A DNA stretch of 64,000 nt from Thalia democratica. Its lineage: Eukaryota. The position numbers and the translations under genes are program-made. The notes beneath the pieces were generated by a model. The model saw nothing but the letters and a program-made list of their open reading frames with translations, was not told where the DNA came from and did not search any database. The DNA is taken from NCBI GenBank assembly GCA_965202585.1, contig OZ241826.1:27714001-27778000 (forward strand), read 5' to 3'. Of this stretch, positions 48,851-63,670 are shown piece by piece (within the stretch, counting starts at the first letter, position 1; the number at the start of each line of letters is the position of its first letter).

Positions 48851-51800
48851 TAAAATTTTTTTCCAGGTTTCCCAAATTTCCTTCAAGTTTGTAAAAGAAC
48901 ATATTTTTGGGTATACTTTTAGTTTGAAATTAATTTTAAGGTTAGAAACTGTGCAAAATAATATAATAATATAATAGTAAATAATGTAATAGTAAATAAT
49001 GTAATATAAAACATTAAATGTCTTTTTAAAAAAATCTTGATGATTACAAAACCTTTTTATCTATTTCATAGTTTTTTTGGGTCAAATCAAAATTTTACTA
49101 CTCAGTAAAGTTAAAATTGTTAAAATTCCAGGTTTTTCAGTGATTATTGTTCAAAATTCTGCGTTTTTTCAAAATTTCTCAAATTTCAGTTTTTTTGCCT
49201 AAAATTCCAGGATTTACTAGGTTTCTTGGTAAAATGGCAACCCTGACCCAAACCATTAACCACAAAGAAATAGATAATAACATTTATGAAACTAAAAGCT
49301 ATGTTAAATAATACTTAGTGCTACTGTGAATAAAACTAGACATGTCATGAATGTATATTTTATACAAAGAACAGATACAAACACTAACAAAGAAATAAAA
49401 ATCAACAATTTTAAAAAATAACTTTAACTGGATTAAAAAATTTAATTAAAGTCTAATTTATAAGGGGTATAGTTTAAAATGTATAAGTTAAATTAAAAAC
49501 TATTTACTGTTAAAAAAACCAAACGGTTAAAAAAAAACTACTTTGAATAAATAAAAACACAAATTTCTATTTAAACAAAGTTTTAGTAGCAGTAAGGGTG
49601 TCTTGAATGATCTTCTTTACAACAAATGATTTCTAACATATGACTATTGTTTGCTAATGCAAACTTGCATCAGTAAAACAATTGACCTTGCAAGCTTTCT
49701 CTTTAATGCTTGAATGAACAAGAGCTTTAACTAAAATACTTCTATTAAATTAAAACAGTTATCATATGTAGTTTTATATCCTGTTCCACTTCCTTTCCTA
49801 CTTTTGAGAGAGAATCTTCACTCTACTTCTCCTCTGCCATTTTGTTGGAAAATAAACACTGCCCTTCCTTCATTTAAAAGAAGAAAAGGTATTACATATC
49901 AAAACATAACTTGGTCTTAAAACTTATACTAATGTTCCTAAAAAACATTTTAAATATATTTAACTATAAAATAATTAAACAATTTTCTACAAATGGTTTT
50001 TGATGAAAAAAAATATTTATCATAATAAATAAAATAACTATTGTGTTTTGACAAGAAAAACTTATCTTTTCGCTTAAATTTTTCATTTTAATTTCAAAAA
50101 AAAAAATCAAATATGTGTTACAACTTACTATAAATATTGCAGAATTTGAAACAAATAAATATAAAAATCACAAAAAAGACACTCAAATGTCATGCCAATA
50201 CCCTTATAAGAAACTCCTAAATATCTCAGGGTGTAACTGGTCTTTGCTGTCTTATCAACTAATAAATATTGTCGTTTTTATTATGATATTAAGATTTACG
50301 ACCTTACATAAATTTTATATGACTTACTTTGAGTTAAAACTGGTCACTAGTTTTTGTTAATACTTGTAACTTATAAATTGTCAATACTCGTGGTAATTGA
50401 TTAGACTTCAATTTTGTGAGTTCTACTTTAATTTTCTTTTGCAAGGTTATATAGTGACTTATTGTCTTAAATTAAATTAATTCTATTTTGGCTCAGTGGA
50501 ATTAAATTTTCTTGTTTTTATTCTGACTCTTTTGAGATAATTTATGACAGTTCTAGTTTGATTTTGTCGACTAAAAATTTATCAGTTTTATTTTGACTTT
50601 AAGGGTTTAAAACTTGAAACCAACTTTAGGTGACTTAATAGAACTAAAACTCAATTCACACTCTTTTAACTATTTTTTTTCCTATGGTACTTTGTTTAAT
50701 AAAACCTTCTATTGAACGTTGATTCCACAACTGTCTATTGTCTCTGGTTTTGATTAAACTTTAAAGGCTTTAGAAAACAGCAGAAGGTAAATGTAATTAT
50801 TGCTTTTTAAACAAAAGATGTAAAATTTACTGTAAAGTTTATCTTAATCAGGTTTTCCCGAACTTTTTGTCAAAATGCCCCCTTTTTAGAAATTAAAAAA
50901 AAAATATGCCTACTTCTATCAAGGTTTCTTAGAAAGCTACCATTAAAAATTTTTAAGACAATTTATTTTAATCATTATCTATAATATCTGGTGTAGATTT
51001 CTAATCATAGCCTTCAAGTCTTAAAATTCTTTTCCATAGTATCTAGTAAAAGTTTCGAAACTACCTTTAATGTCGCCTTAGACCTTTTTTCCTCTTCATA
51101 ATCAAATCCAAGTTTTCTAGTGTAAGTTTAAATTTTTGGCCTTGGAGCCCCTTTATGGCTCATAAAAATATTTAAAATAAATGATTATTTGACATGATCT
51201 TTTAAAAGAGATTTTTGTCTAAATGAAATATTAACACCACATATGTAAAACTCCAGTATATAAGGATATTTGTTGACTGAATTTCATACTTACTTAAAAC
51301 ACTAAGGCAATTTTTATTAGATCAGGGTCATGGAGCTTTAATTTCATTAAGCTTAATAGAACAGACTTTACTAACTTTGAATAAAATCGTTGTCATAGTT
51401 TTTATTAGAAACATCGCAAGAATTGAAGTGAGTACTTAATTATACAATAAATCTCCATTTACCATATTACTACTAAATTAAGTATTGCAGGTTTGCCAAA
51501 AAGTTTGTCTTTCAGCAAAAAAGTCAGCATGATTGACCTAAAACTAGCCTGAGTTTTTAATAAAATTAACAGTGTAGTACACAGAGCCAAGATCTATAAT
51601 ATAGGCAATTCTTATTCGAGACATAAGGTATTATATGAATAAAAAAAGGACTTAGTATTTTAAGGATTCATAATTCTTAACAAAAAATTTATTATAAAAA
51701 GTAACATAAAATTAAACACAAAAGACTGCTCTCTAAAAAAAAATTTGTATAGCTTTTTAGGTTAGAAAAATAATTGGATCTAAAGTTTGGAATTTTTTTT

Positions 51801-54800
51801 AAATTCTAGATAAACGTTACCAAGCTAAATTCACACTCGTAATAATTGAACTATGTAAACACAACAAAAATACTAAGTAGTTTTATTTTCATAAAGTTCA
51901 TTAAAATTATCAGGTAAAACCTATTCAAAAAATTATTTGGTAACAAAGATTTTACGTTTAGAAATTTTTTTAGAGCTTATAGGAAAGCATTAGAACTCTA
52001 AAGGAACTTCTTGATGTTTGATTTAACCTAGAGACTAAATTAAAAACTGTTTTTTGATCAAAGGTTTACTTAGTAGGTTAAACAAAATGCATGTAAACTA
52101 CGAAAGTAATAAAAATACTATTCTAGCAACAGATAGTTTAAAATTATTATTTGGAACTTTTAAAGTTCTGATTTGAATATAGATTTAACTGTTTAACATA
52201 TTCTATGAGCTTATCTAATAGTATTGTCAAGTAATCAATGATTAATTGTTCCTACGATTTTTAGTTTTATTTATTCCTTATTTTATTACAGCTTAAATAC
52301 TAGAAAAAGTTTTCTTAAACAAGCTCTCAACTGTTTTGATAAAAAAATTCAAAGTTTTTATTTTGTTATGTGAGCAAACTTAATTTTATTTTCTAAACTA
52401 GAAATACCATTTATATAAACTTTATTGATTGTTATTGAAAAAAAACTCTTAGAGCTCTGTATTTTAAATCTAAAATCAAAAATAAAATTAGATAAAATAT
52501 GAAATGAATTTTTGTTTTTTATGCAGATCCGTTAAATTTGAACTTTTTTAATAATTTAGATTATTGTGAAACGTACTTAAAGAAACTTTAAATAATGTGA
52601 AATCAAAGTATTTAAAAAACTATTAAAACATTAAATTTTTTTTTAATAATACTTCTTATATTTGAAACATAAAAGTTCAAAAATAAATCTTTATGCAGTT
52701 TTTAGTCAATAACATAGGTACAATTCTCAGTTGCTAGGTCTTATCAACCACAATAAAAATAAAAAATGTAACTAAAGAGAGTTGTTTAATGCTTGATTAT
52801 GCAAATCAAAGTATATTTATTTTATTTACGAAAACTGCATATAAAATCTTAAAAATACGAAACGCAAGTAAACGCAGCATGTTCATTACAGACAAACATA
52901 TGGAGATGATACTTTTAATTTTTTATGTGTATAGAATTAGGAAAAAAATGACCAAAAGCTTATTATATCCTGCCTTTCTTGGTTGTTAAACATAGAATAA
53001 ATATTTAAACCTATTGTTAGGGCCATACAAGAAGGGGTTTATAATATTTTTGTTACAATAGTAAACACTGGCCTTTTATATAGACCTTTTGTGAGTATAA
53101 AATAGTTTTTATAAGAAAATAAAATTTTGTCTAACATTTTAGGAATAACTATTTATATAAGTCTTTATTAAAAACTTTGTTTAGATTTAAAAAAGTTAAT
53201 AAAATTCATTTTTATTTTTAAGACATTTAACTTCAAAGTTTTGAAATTTTTTTTTTGGTACAACAATTATAAAACAATTATTTTGAGTTATCTTGAATTA
53301 TAAAATCATATAAACAAACATTGTTTATTTTTATGAATAAAAAATGGTATGAGAGTATGAGACTCTAATACATACTAATTTTTATAAAAATAGTTTAAGT
53401 TTTGCATATATGTTATTAAATGGACAAGTAAAAAAAAATAACATGGAATTAAATAATTTTTGCACATAAAACAATTAAATATTTATTGTTGTAGAAGAAA
53501 CTAACATAAAAGTACCTGGGTACATTATTAAGAATTCTGATAAACTTAATCATTTTTTGCTAAATGATGAAACTCAGATACTCAGGTCAGGGCGTCATGA
53601 GCAGTGAAGGAGCCACCAGGGGGCCATGAGGTCATAATTTGAAACTTAAATAAGTTATTCTGGAGTTGCTTATGAACAGCAAAAAAAAAGGTCCTTGGTG
53701 TTTACTATGGTAGTTTTTGAGTGATGTTGGTACAAGGGTGCCGTAGCTTTTTTAATTCCCATAAAAGGAGCAAATTAAAAAAAGTTTGGGAAACCCTGGT
53801 CTAAAAAAATTTTGCATCTGGTGTTGTGTCTACACAAAGAACCCCTGTAACAATTCATTAGTACTTTTTTCAATATATTTAAATTAGATTGACATAAAAT
53901 AATAAGAAAATAATTTAAATAAATACAATTAGACTGAAATAGAATGACAACATTAATCAGAAAAGCGGTGAGTTCTAATTAGTTTTTATACAATAAACTA
54001 CAAAACATACAATTTCTACTTCTTCTGTTACCTAAATTATTTCAAAATATTTTGAAAAAAATATTAAACAAAATAGATGTTAATTTTATGATGTCAAAAA
54101 ATATCTTCAAGAATTTCTGATTTTCTATATTTTTTAAAGTAAATATTTTTCGTTCATTTTTGACATAACAGGGTGGCCACTTTTTTATTAAAAATACTCT
54201 ATTAAGCCAATTTTGGTTTTTTAATTGTTTTAAGTATTTTATTACAACTGACAAAATCAACAAAAACTAGATGTTTTACAAATTGTTAGTAAAATAAAAG
54301 GAATTAAAATTAAATAATTTAAATCTCTTTCAAAGTCTAGCAAAATTTTCCTAGGATTATCAAAAATCTTAAAGCACTTTCTATTTTTTTAAAACAAAAT
54401 GGCCTGGATCATCCTGAGGTTTTATAAGTAAAAGCATTTTGGTTCTTTCTTAATATAACAGCGTTGCCGTCAACTCTTCAAGTCAAACTGTATTTTTTCC
54501 AACTTTGTTTTTTATTTTTAATGCTTAAAATACTCTATTAGTTCGAAAAAAATCTATAAAAGCTAGGTTCTTTAACAAAAACAGTTATAAAACAACAAAG
54601 CATTTAAATTAAATCAGGTAAATCTCATTTAAAATCTGAGAGAAACTGCTTGAGATTGTAAAAATATTAAAAACATCCCCAGGTTATTATAAAATGAATT
54701 GGCCTGGGTCGTCCTGAGATTTACATAAGACTTAAAATATTCTCAGAATTCTTTAACATAGTTGGTTATAAGATAACTTAGTAATGAAATCGATTAATTT

Positions 54801-55479
54801 AAACCTTATTAAAAATCTATCAAAAATTCCCTCGGTTTATAAGAATTCTAAAAGTGTACCCAGGTACTTTTTTATTAGTTTTTCTCTTACTTAATTTAAT
54901 TATTTAATATACCAAAATTATTTCAAATCCATGTTATATTTTTACTTGTCCATTTAACAACAGGTCTGCAAAACTTGAACTGTTTTTATAAAAAATTGTA
55001 TGTGTTAGAGCCTTATATTTTATTTTATCCAGTGAAAAAAATACAATGTGGGCTTATATGATTTTGTATAATTCAAGGTAACTAAAATTAATAGTGGTAT
55101 ATACCGCAAGAAAAATTTCCAGAATTTAAAGTCTTAGAAATTGAACTGAAACTTTACTTGTCCGTTTAACAACAGATAAGCAAAATTTAAACTTTTTTTA
55201 TATAAATTGTATGTGCTAGAGATTTGTTTTTCTCTTAAAAATATATTGTAAGCATACAAAAGGTATTTTATTAAAAGCTTACAAAACTAAAGGCTAATGT
55301 TTACTATTGTAACAAAAATTTTATAAACCCCTTGCTGTTTTTTTCTAACTATATTCACATACTATTTATATGTTAAATTACCAAAAAAATCAGGATAAAA
55401 TAGTTTTTAGTGCATGTTTTTTATTCTAAATACATAAGCAATTAAAAGTATCAATTTAGAATGTTTGTCAGTAACGAAC

Positions 55480-58400
55480 CTGTAGTACGTAAAGCTAAGA
55501 TATAATAATAATGTAACTCTTATTTAAATCCTTTGGTATCATATTTAAAATAAAAGATATAAAATCTAAAAAAATAATGATTCTTAAAAAAATCAAATCA
55601 TAAAAGCTAGTAAAAGATTTTGAAAATTCCAACTAAACTATTTTTTTTCAAAAACAAAAACAATTTCAAAACAAAACTAAATTAGCCTTATTTATCACTA
55701 AAGTTAAACAGTAATTTTTAATCTATAAAACACACACAATAAACTTTCATCCAACACATTAAATAAAAAAATATTCCTTCAATGTTTTTTTTTATATTAT
55801 CAAAGGAATAAATATTTAGTACATTAAGTTAGACATTAGTTTAGAAAATATTAGACTAGAAATTTCTTCAACAATACTACTTCGAACTTAGGAAAACTTA
55901 AAATTTTTCACTTAACGCTTTGCCTCCGAGTACTTAGCTTAAACTAAATGAACCATCTAACTAAACACACCACAATTACTAAGTATTTATTTGTTTTTTT
56001 TATACAGTTTATTAAACTCAGGCTGACTTAGCTTTGTTTTAAAATAGCTTTTATATTTAAATAAAAATTGGTTTAAATTATATTTTTTTAAATTCTTATG
56101 CTAGCTTTTATAATTTGAATATTTTTAAGAATTGTTATTCTATAAGATATGGAATCTTTTTTTTTTAATTAATATGATATCAAAGGATTCAAATAAGAGC
56201 TACATTTACTATAAATCTTGGCTCTATTTACTGCAGTGTTAATTATATTTAAAACTCAGGCTATTTTTGGGTTGACCAGCTGAATTTTTGCTTAAAAAAA
56301 AACTTTTTGGCAAACCTGCATAACTTGAAATTTTTGTATCATGATAAATGAAGCTTTATTGTATAATTCTAACTTCATTTATTAAGATGTTTTATAACGA
56401 AAACTATGACAACCTTATTATTCAAATTAATTAAAGTCCGTTCTACCAAGCTTAATAAAATTAAAGCAATTTCTGACCCTGTTCTAAAAAAATTGCCTTG
56501 GTTTTTTAAGTAAGTATGAAATTCAGTCAGCAATTACCCTTGGAGTTTTACATCTGTGCTGTTAGTATTTTCTATAAATGAAAATAAAATTTAGAACATT
56601 AAGTTAAATGGTCATTTATTTAAATTATTTTAAAGAGCAGTAAAGGGGCTTCAAGGCCATAATTTATAACTTCTCTAGATAATTTGTATTTGATTATGAA
56701 GAAGAAAAAAAAGTCTTAGGCGACTTAAAAAGTAGTTTTGTAACTTATACTAGGTGTTATGGAAAAAAAAATTTGGACTCGAAGGTCAAGATTTGAAATC
56801 TACGCTAGATACTATCAATGATGATGAAAAATAAGGTCTTAGGCATTTCATTAACCCCAAGTTTAGGTAAATTACCTAAAGTTGGTAAAAAGTTTTAAGC
56901 TCTTAAAGTCAAAGTAGAACTGATAAATTTTTAGTCTAAAAAAACAAACTTGAACTATCATAATTTAAGTTAAAAGAGTCAGAATTGAACTGACAAATTT
57001 TAATTCCACAAAGTTTTTATAGACAATACTTAATACTACTATAATATTAAGTATTGTGATGTCGTAAATGACTAGTTGCTCCTACGGTTTTTGGTTCTAT
57101 GCGTTCTTTGTTTTTATTTAGCTTTTATACTCTAAAAGGTTTTTTTTGATAAGGTCTAAAATAATTAAGTAAAAAAAAATAATTTTTTTCAATAAACGAG
57201 CATACTTAACTTTGTTTTTTTAAATCAGTAATACCCTAGTAAAAACTTTATTCACCTTTAATTAAAAATAGACCTTTCTAAAAACAAAAAAAAAATTAGA
57301 TGAAAACTTGAAATGAAGATTTTAATTTAGAACCATTTTAAAATAAGCTTAATAATATTTTAAGTTTTTGCGACAAATACTTGCAAAAAACTTCAATTAA
57401 TGTGAGCAATAAAAATATTAAAAGACTATAAAACTATATTGTTTTAATAAAACTTCTTTTACTTAAACCATAAAAATACACTAATAAATTTTTCCATCAT
57501 GGTTTTAGTCAACAATAAAGTTCAATTTTCAATCAGATCTCTAGAACAATCTCTAGAACAGCGATTCTAAAACTGGGTAAAATATACCCCTTGGAGTAAT
57601 TTCCCTTCTTTGAGTGTAAATTTTCTCTTTTTCATGTTATGAAAATTACTGTTTATAAAATGTAATTTTAGCGTATTAGTAAGTTTTTAACTGGAAGTGT
57701 TTTAAAGTTAAATAAAAATTTTAGTTTGTATGATTTATGAAATTAAATAAGCTTATAGTTCAAATTTTTTTTTTACATCATCATTAAAAATTATTTTGTA
57801 GTTTTGGGGTAAATTTTGTAATAACTTTCAAAAAAGCGGTTAAAATTGAAAAAAGTTAAAGAACCGTTGCTCTAGAACTTATCAACCGCAATCAAATAAT
57901 AAATGTAACTGGCGAGAGTCATTCAATATTATGCTTGATTACACAAATCCAAGTACATTCATTTTATTCAGCAAAATGTATATTCAATCTTTGAAGTATT
58001 AAATGCAAGTAAACTCAGCAGGTTCATTACAGACAAACATATGGAAATAATATTTTGAAATTTATTTGAAAATATTTAAAGAATTTGACCTAAAACCTTT
58101 TATTTCCTGCTTTTCTTAGTTATTAAACTTAGAAGTAATATATAAATATAGTTAAGGCCATACATGAAGGGGATTATAATATTTTTGTTACAATAGTAAA
58201 CAATGGCCTTTAATTCAGACCTTTTGAGAGCATAAAATAGGTTTTTAAACAAATGGAATATTTTCTAACATTTTAGAATAATTATTCAAATAAAATTTCA
58301 TAAAAACTTTCTTTAGATACTTTTGAAATAACAAAAACTATTTTTTTAGTTTGATAACTAAAACAATTAATCTAAAATTTATAGAAATATTTTTTGCAAT
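55480..58400. repeat. Patchwork of partial copies of the amplicon's non-coding flank in alternating orientation
   Basis: About 55480-56050 matches 19900-20350 in reverse, about 56100-57000 matches 20400-21520 forward, and about 57050-58400 matches 52200-53300 directly. Confidence 0.7.
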
Positions 58401-60619
58401 GTATACAATTAACAAATTTAAGTTACCTTGAATTATATAAAATTAATTGAAATCACATTGTAAAATTATTCACTGGAGTTTGTATAATTCTAAGTAACTT
58501 AAATTTGTTTTTACATACATTGCAAAAAAGTTTCTTTAAATTTTAGGTCAGTTGTTTTAGAAACCGAACTGAAAATGTTTTTCAGTATTGTTTCAAGTTA
58601 TAACAAAAAATTTAATGAAAATTTATTTAAACCATTGTTTACAAAATGTTAGAAAAAATATCCATTTCTTAAAAAAAACTATTTAAGCTTACAAAAAGTC
58701 TATATAGAAGGCTAATGGTGTAAAATAAGGCAAAGTGCTCTAAAACAAACAACTCTTTATAAAAATTGTACAAATTTTGCAGATCTGTTATAATATAAAG
58801 AGTTTAATACATCTTTTTTGTTACTTATGTTTTGAAAATTTTTGAACAATGTGATTTGTTTCTCAAAAAACATCTATTTTTGTTTTTTTTTAAAGTACAG
58901 GCCAATACTCAAAGTACTTAAAAATCTTTAAAAAGAGTTTAATTTTGCACAGCTGTTGTTTAAAATATAGTCTAATATACATTTCATTTTTATAGTCCTT
59001 ACTAATTTAAAAAAATATTTTACAATCGTCTGAACTTACAAACGTTAAAAATTCATTATTTGTATAATTAAGTATACATTTGTTCTTATAGCTCTCACTA
59101 ATTGTTTTAAAATTTTATGATCAACTAAGCTAAACCTTAAAAACAAACTTTATATGTCCAGTAAAAAAAGGATTGTGTCTTGTAAACCAAACTTTATAGA
59201 AAATTTAAAAATTAAAAATTTTTAAGAGCCATCAGATAATGCAGAATAATAACATTTTTTATTTAGTTTAAAGCGATAGCTTGGTGGCTATTCTACCTGG
59301 TTTCTAAAAAAATATTCAAAAAGCATGGAGTTAGAATCATCTTTGTATATAAAAAAATTAAATTAAGTTATAAAGAAACTAACAAAAAAGCATTTCATTT
59401 CCAGTAATTCAAAAGGTTAGGTAGCATTTTTATTTAAAATATACATAAAATATATAATTTTTTTTAAAGTTAAAAGAAAAAAAGAAATTCTTGAAGATAG
59501 TTTTTGACATTAAAAATTGAATAGATAAATCATTATACTATTTAAATCATAATATTTCGAGATAAATTTAGGTAAGGTAACAGAAAGAAAATAAATTGCA
59601 TGTTTTTTTAGTTTATTCAGGTTGACACTTGTTTTTTGCAAAATTTTTAAGTTTTTCAAATTTCTTTAAAATTTTTAAAAATACACCTTTTTGGGTCTAT
59701 TTTTAGTTTAAAGATAGTTTCAATGTAAGAAATTGTTTCGAATAGTATAAAAACATTAAAAAGACACTGCAAAGCTACTTTAAATGTGTTTTTTTATCAA
59801 AAAATTTCTAATGATGACCACAACTTTTAATCTATATGAAATATTTTTTGAGTCAAATCGAAACTATACTACTGAACATGGTAAAACTGTAATAACTCAA
59901 GGTTTTTTAGTGTTTTTTGTTCAAACTTCTAGATTTTCCAGGTTTTTTTTCAAAATTTCTAAAATTCCAGGTTTCCAGTTAAAGAAGCCATCCAGTTTAT
60001 TATACAAAAATTAAATCAAGTCCGCTTATTTTTTGCTTATTACTGTCAGTTTATTTCAATGTAACTAAGCTTAAATTTATTATTTTATTTTGTCTTTATT
60101 TTATTTCGATCAAATTTTAAGAAATTGAAATAAAAATTCCATGTTGCATGGGTTCTTTGTAAGCACAAAACAACTTTAGATACCAGATTTTAAAAACTAA
60201 TGTTTGTAAATACATTTTAATCATTCTACAGCTTATTGTCATGTCTAAAGTAACCAAAATCTGTCCTGAATTTGTTTAAACCCTAAAAGTTGTTTTTTTT
60301 ATTTCTAAAAATGTTGTTCATCAACAAAATTGGCTGTTAAGGAAAAAAAAATATTTAAACCAAATTAACTTAATATAATTCAAAATCTAGTTTGAAATTT
60401 GTCCTAAGATTTTATAGAAACTTAAATTAACCTGATTATAAAAAGCTATATTGATTCAGACTTTGGAAATAAAAGATATCATAAGTTTTAATTTTTTTAA
60501 TTTAAAAGCTATGTACACAGTTATGTATATTTTTTTTTATTTTTAGTTAGTTGTAAAAACTTTTTTTTACAGTAAATTTAGTGTTAACCTTCACTGTAGG
60601 CCTTGTGTTTATAAAGGAA

Positions 60620-62830
60620 GGGTAGTTTTTTTTCAACAAAAAGGCAGAGGAGAAGTAGAGTGAAGATTCTCTTGCAAAAATAGAAGAGAAAGTGGAACAT
60701 TATAAAATATTGCAATTGATGACTGATTAAATTAATAATTGTTTTTAAGTTAAAGCTTTTGTTCATCCAAGCGTTTAAGAGAAAGCTTGCAAGGTCACGT
60801 GTTTTACTGATGCAAGTTTGCATCAGCATACAATAGCCATCAATAGCTATATATTAATACTCAATTGTTTTAGAGGAGAACATTATAGACACCCTTACTG
60901 CTGCTTCAACTTTGTTTAAGTAGAAATTTGTGTTTTTTGTTATTAAAAGTAATCTTTATTTATAATGTTGTTTTTTATTTACAGTAAAAATTTTCAAATA
61001 AAATTATTCATTTTAAAGCATATAAAACATAGATTTAATTAAAATTATTTTTTTTTATTCTAGCTAAAATTGTATTCTAAAGTTGTTGATTTTTATTTAT
61101 TTGTTAGTGTTTGTATCTGTTCTTTGTATATATATGTTTACTTATGACATGCCTAGTTTTATATACAGTAGCACTAAGTATTTTTTAATTTAGTTTTTAG
61201 TTTCCTAAATGTTTTTATCTATTTATTGTGGTATGGGTCAGGGTTGCCATTTTACCTGGAAACCTGGTAAATCCTTAGGCAAATAAAACCTGAAATTTGA
61301 AATATTTTGAGAAAAATCTGTATTTTTGAACAATAATCACTGGAAAAATCTAAAATTTTAACAATTTTAACATTAATGAATAGTAAAATTCAAATTTGAT
61401 TCAAAAAATCTATCAAATAGATAAAAAGTTTTTGTCATCATAAAGAATTATTTTTATAAATAATACATTTAAAGTAGCTTTATAGTATATTTTTAGTGTT
61501 TTTATATTATTTAACACAGTTTCTTACCTTAAACTTAACTTTAAACTAAAAATAGACCCAAAAATGTGTACTTTACAAACTTAGACAAAATTTGAAAAAA
61601 TTGGAAAAAATTTTTTGACAGGGTTGCTACAAGGTCAGGAAATTAGGAAAAGTCAGGAAAATTGGGTTTTTGGAAAAAAGTGAGGAAATGTTAGGAAAAT
61701 TGATAAAAATGAAACAATAGTCAGATTTTTAGATTTACAAAATTCCTTCATTTTAAAAATCCTTCAAATGGTAAAAGAGTTAATTAAAATGCCTTTGAAG
61801 TCAGAAAAATTGCAAAATTCTGCTAGTAATTATCAAAATTATTCAGATTTCATTGTGTTTATATGGTATAAACTAATAAAGTATCCTTTATATAGTTGCA
61901 AAAATTTTCTTTAAACATATTGAACTAGCAGATTTTGTAACCTTTTTAATTTTGATGATTTGTAGCAAGGACACTTCCAAAGTGAAACTGTGATATTTAC
62001 ACATAAGATAATTTAGCATAATATTAGAATCAAAGTGTTTTTTCTTCTAGTAAATAATTGAGCTCTTTATAAATAAGCAGTTAGTTTAGTATATTATGTA
62101 ACAACTCAATGTGTATACTTTACCTCTTTATAATTTTTTTTAAGTTGTTTAAATTTTTAAATTAAGTTATAAGAGAGATATATGCCATTATTCAGATTAC
62201 TTATCTGTAATTTTTGTAGAATAACTTAAGTTTAAATACAAATAAGAGTAGATTTATTTGTTACAGATTTTATGCTAAATGGTAGGAGGAAATATTTTAT
62301 ACAAAGATAAATAGTTTATTTTTTTATGTATTTTATAACTGTTACTTAAGTTTATATGTTTAAAATGATAAAAAAAAAATGTTTCTATTTTCAGACAAGC
62401 TGTATTTGTAAGGTAATAATAACAATATTTTGCTGATAGGTCAGTTTATTGCAAACACATTACTCATACACAAATTGTTCAAGTGATCTAATGGAAGTTT
62501 GATCATTGAATTCAGCAAAAAAGAAAACTTTTGTTGTAACCTGTATTAAAAATAGATTAAAAACTTCACATAGTGTCAAGTGCTTGACTTTGTATTTTTG
62601 AATAAGGTTAAATTAAGAGTTTGAGTTAGAAAAGTCAGGAAATTTTTCTCGGCTTGATCTGTGGCAACCCTGTTTTGTAAAAAAAGAGGAAACCCTGTGT
62701 GGACGTAAAACACACTATAACCATACATACAATTCCTTGTAGGTTACTGGATCATAAATCATGTTTGCTAATTGTCTGTCTACTTTTGTTTAAGGAATTA
62801 ATAATATTTGTCATTTAACAACAAAAAACA
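60620..62830 (+). repeat. Third copy of the amplicon segment 22150-24023 plus 28955-29260 (empty LTR site)
   Basis: Collinear forward similarity, and contains nested CAGGGTTGCC MITEs (outer 61239-62697, inner 61619-62672). Confidence 0.85.
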
Positions 62831-63179
62831 TTCATTCAAGTCTGACTTTTTTGGTTAATGTAACAGTAATTAAGTCTCATTACAGTATTAGCTCCTAATG
62901 TTTTTACTATAAGTCTTAAGTCCCTAATAACATAGCTGGTAAACCGTCGATATTAATTTTTCAACGAGCTAAATACTTTTTTATTTAACTTTTGAGCTTA
63001 ACGTTTAAAGCCTGAATATCACTGCCTTATTACTTTGTGATATGTCGTGTATAAAGAATCCGCTATATTTTTCATAAGTTTAATCTAAATAGCAATTTTA
63101 TAAGTAACTTTACTGTGCTAATTTAACAACATCATTTTGTCTTATTTTTTTGTCTTATAAGCCCTATTTGTAAGATACT

Positions 63180-63670
63180 TTTTAAAGTTCGTTTAATTTG
63201 AGTTTTTCTAGTTTTTAAGCTAGTTTTTTTGATTTAAGAGTTTTTTAAGAATAATGACTCTTTTGAATATTTAGTCTTTTTATCATTAGTACTTTATTTT
63301 AGGACTTTAGTAAAAGTTACATGTATTACAGCTCTTGGCTCTATGTACTACACTCTACCTACAGTGTTAATCTTATTAAAAACTCAAGCTAGTTTTGGGT
63401 TAATAAGGATGACTTTATTGCTTAAAAGAAAATTTTTTGGCAAAACTGTATTATGTAACTTTGTTGTATTACAATAAATGAAGCTTTATTATATAACTAA
63501 ATATCTAAAATGATTATAAAAACTATGACAGCCTTCATTTCAAAGAATATAAAGAACGTTCCTACGAGCTTTATAAAAGTGAACCCACCCTTGACCCTGA
63601 TCTAATAAAAATTGCCTAAGTGTTTAAAGTAAGGACGAATCTCAGTCAACAAGTTCTCTTGAAACATATT
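63180..63670 (+). repeat. Further partial copy of amplicon segment about 20330-20810
   Basis: Shared ATAAATGAAGCTTTATT..AAAACTATGACA..TGACCCTG.TCTA..AAAATTGCCT..GT.TTTAAGTAAG. Confidence 0.7.

Larger units (their letters stand above)
43685..52560 (-). repeat. Arm 2 of the inverted segmental duplication (contains PARP-like copy 2, lacks the LTR insertion)
   Basis: Reverse-complement homologue of 19434-24023 plus 28955-33200. Confidence 0.85.

Noticed and set aside
19434-52560. The inverted arms as TIRs of a Maverick/Polinton or other giant transposon
   Set aside because: The arms are multi-kb, gene-containing and clearly diverged, and no polymerase, integrase or capsid genes were found in the spacer.
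38438-60829. Scattered 60-81 aa K/F/L/I-rich ORFs (38438, 38930, 50115, 52789, 54042, 59784, 60584; also 4132, 21702, 22660, 33803)
   Set aside because: These are the expected background in very AT-rich DNA. Paralogous amplicon copies do not preserve the frames.
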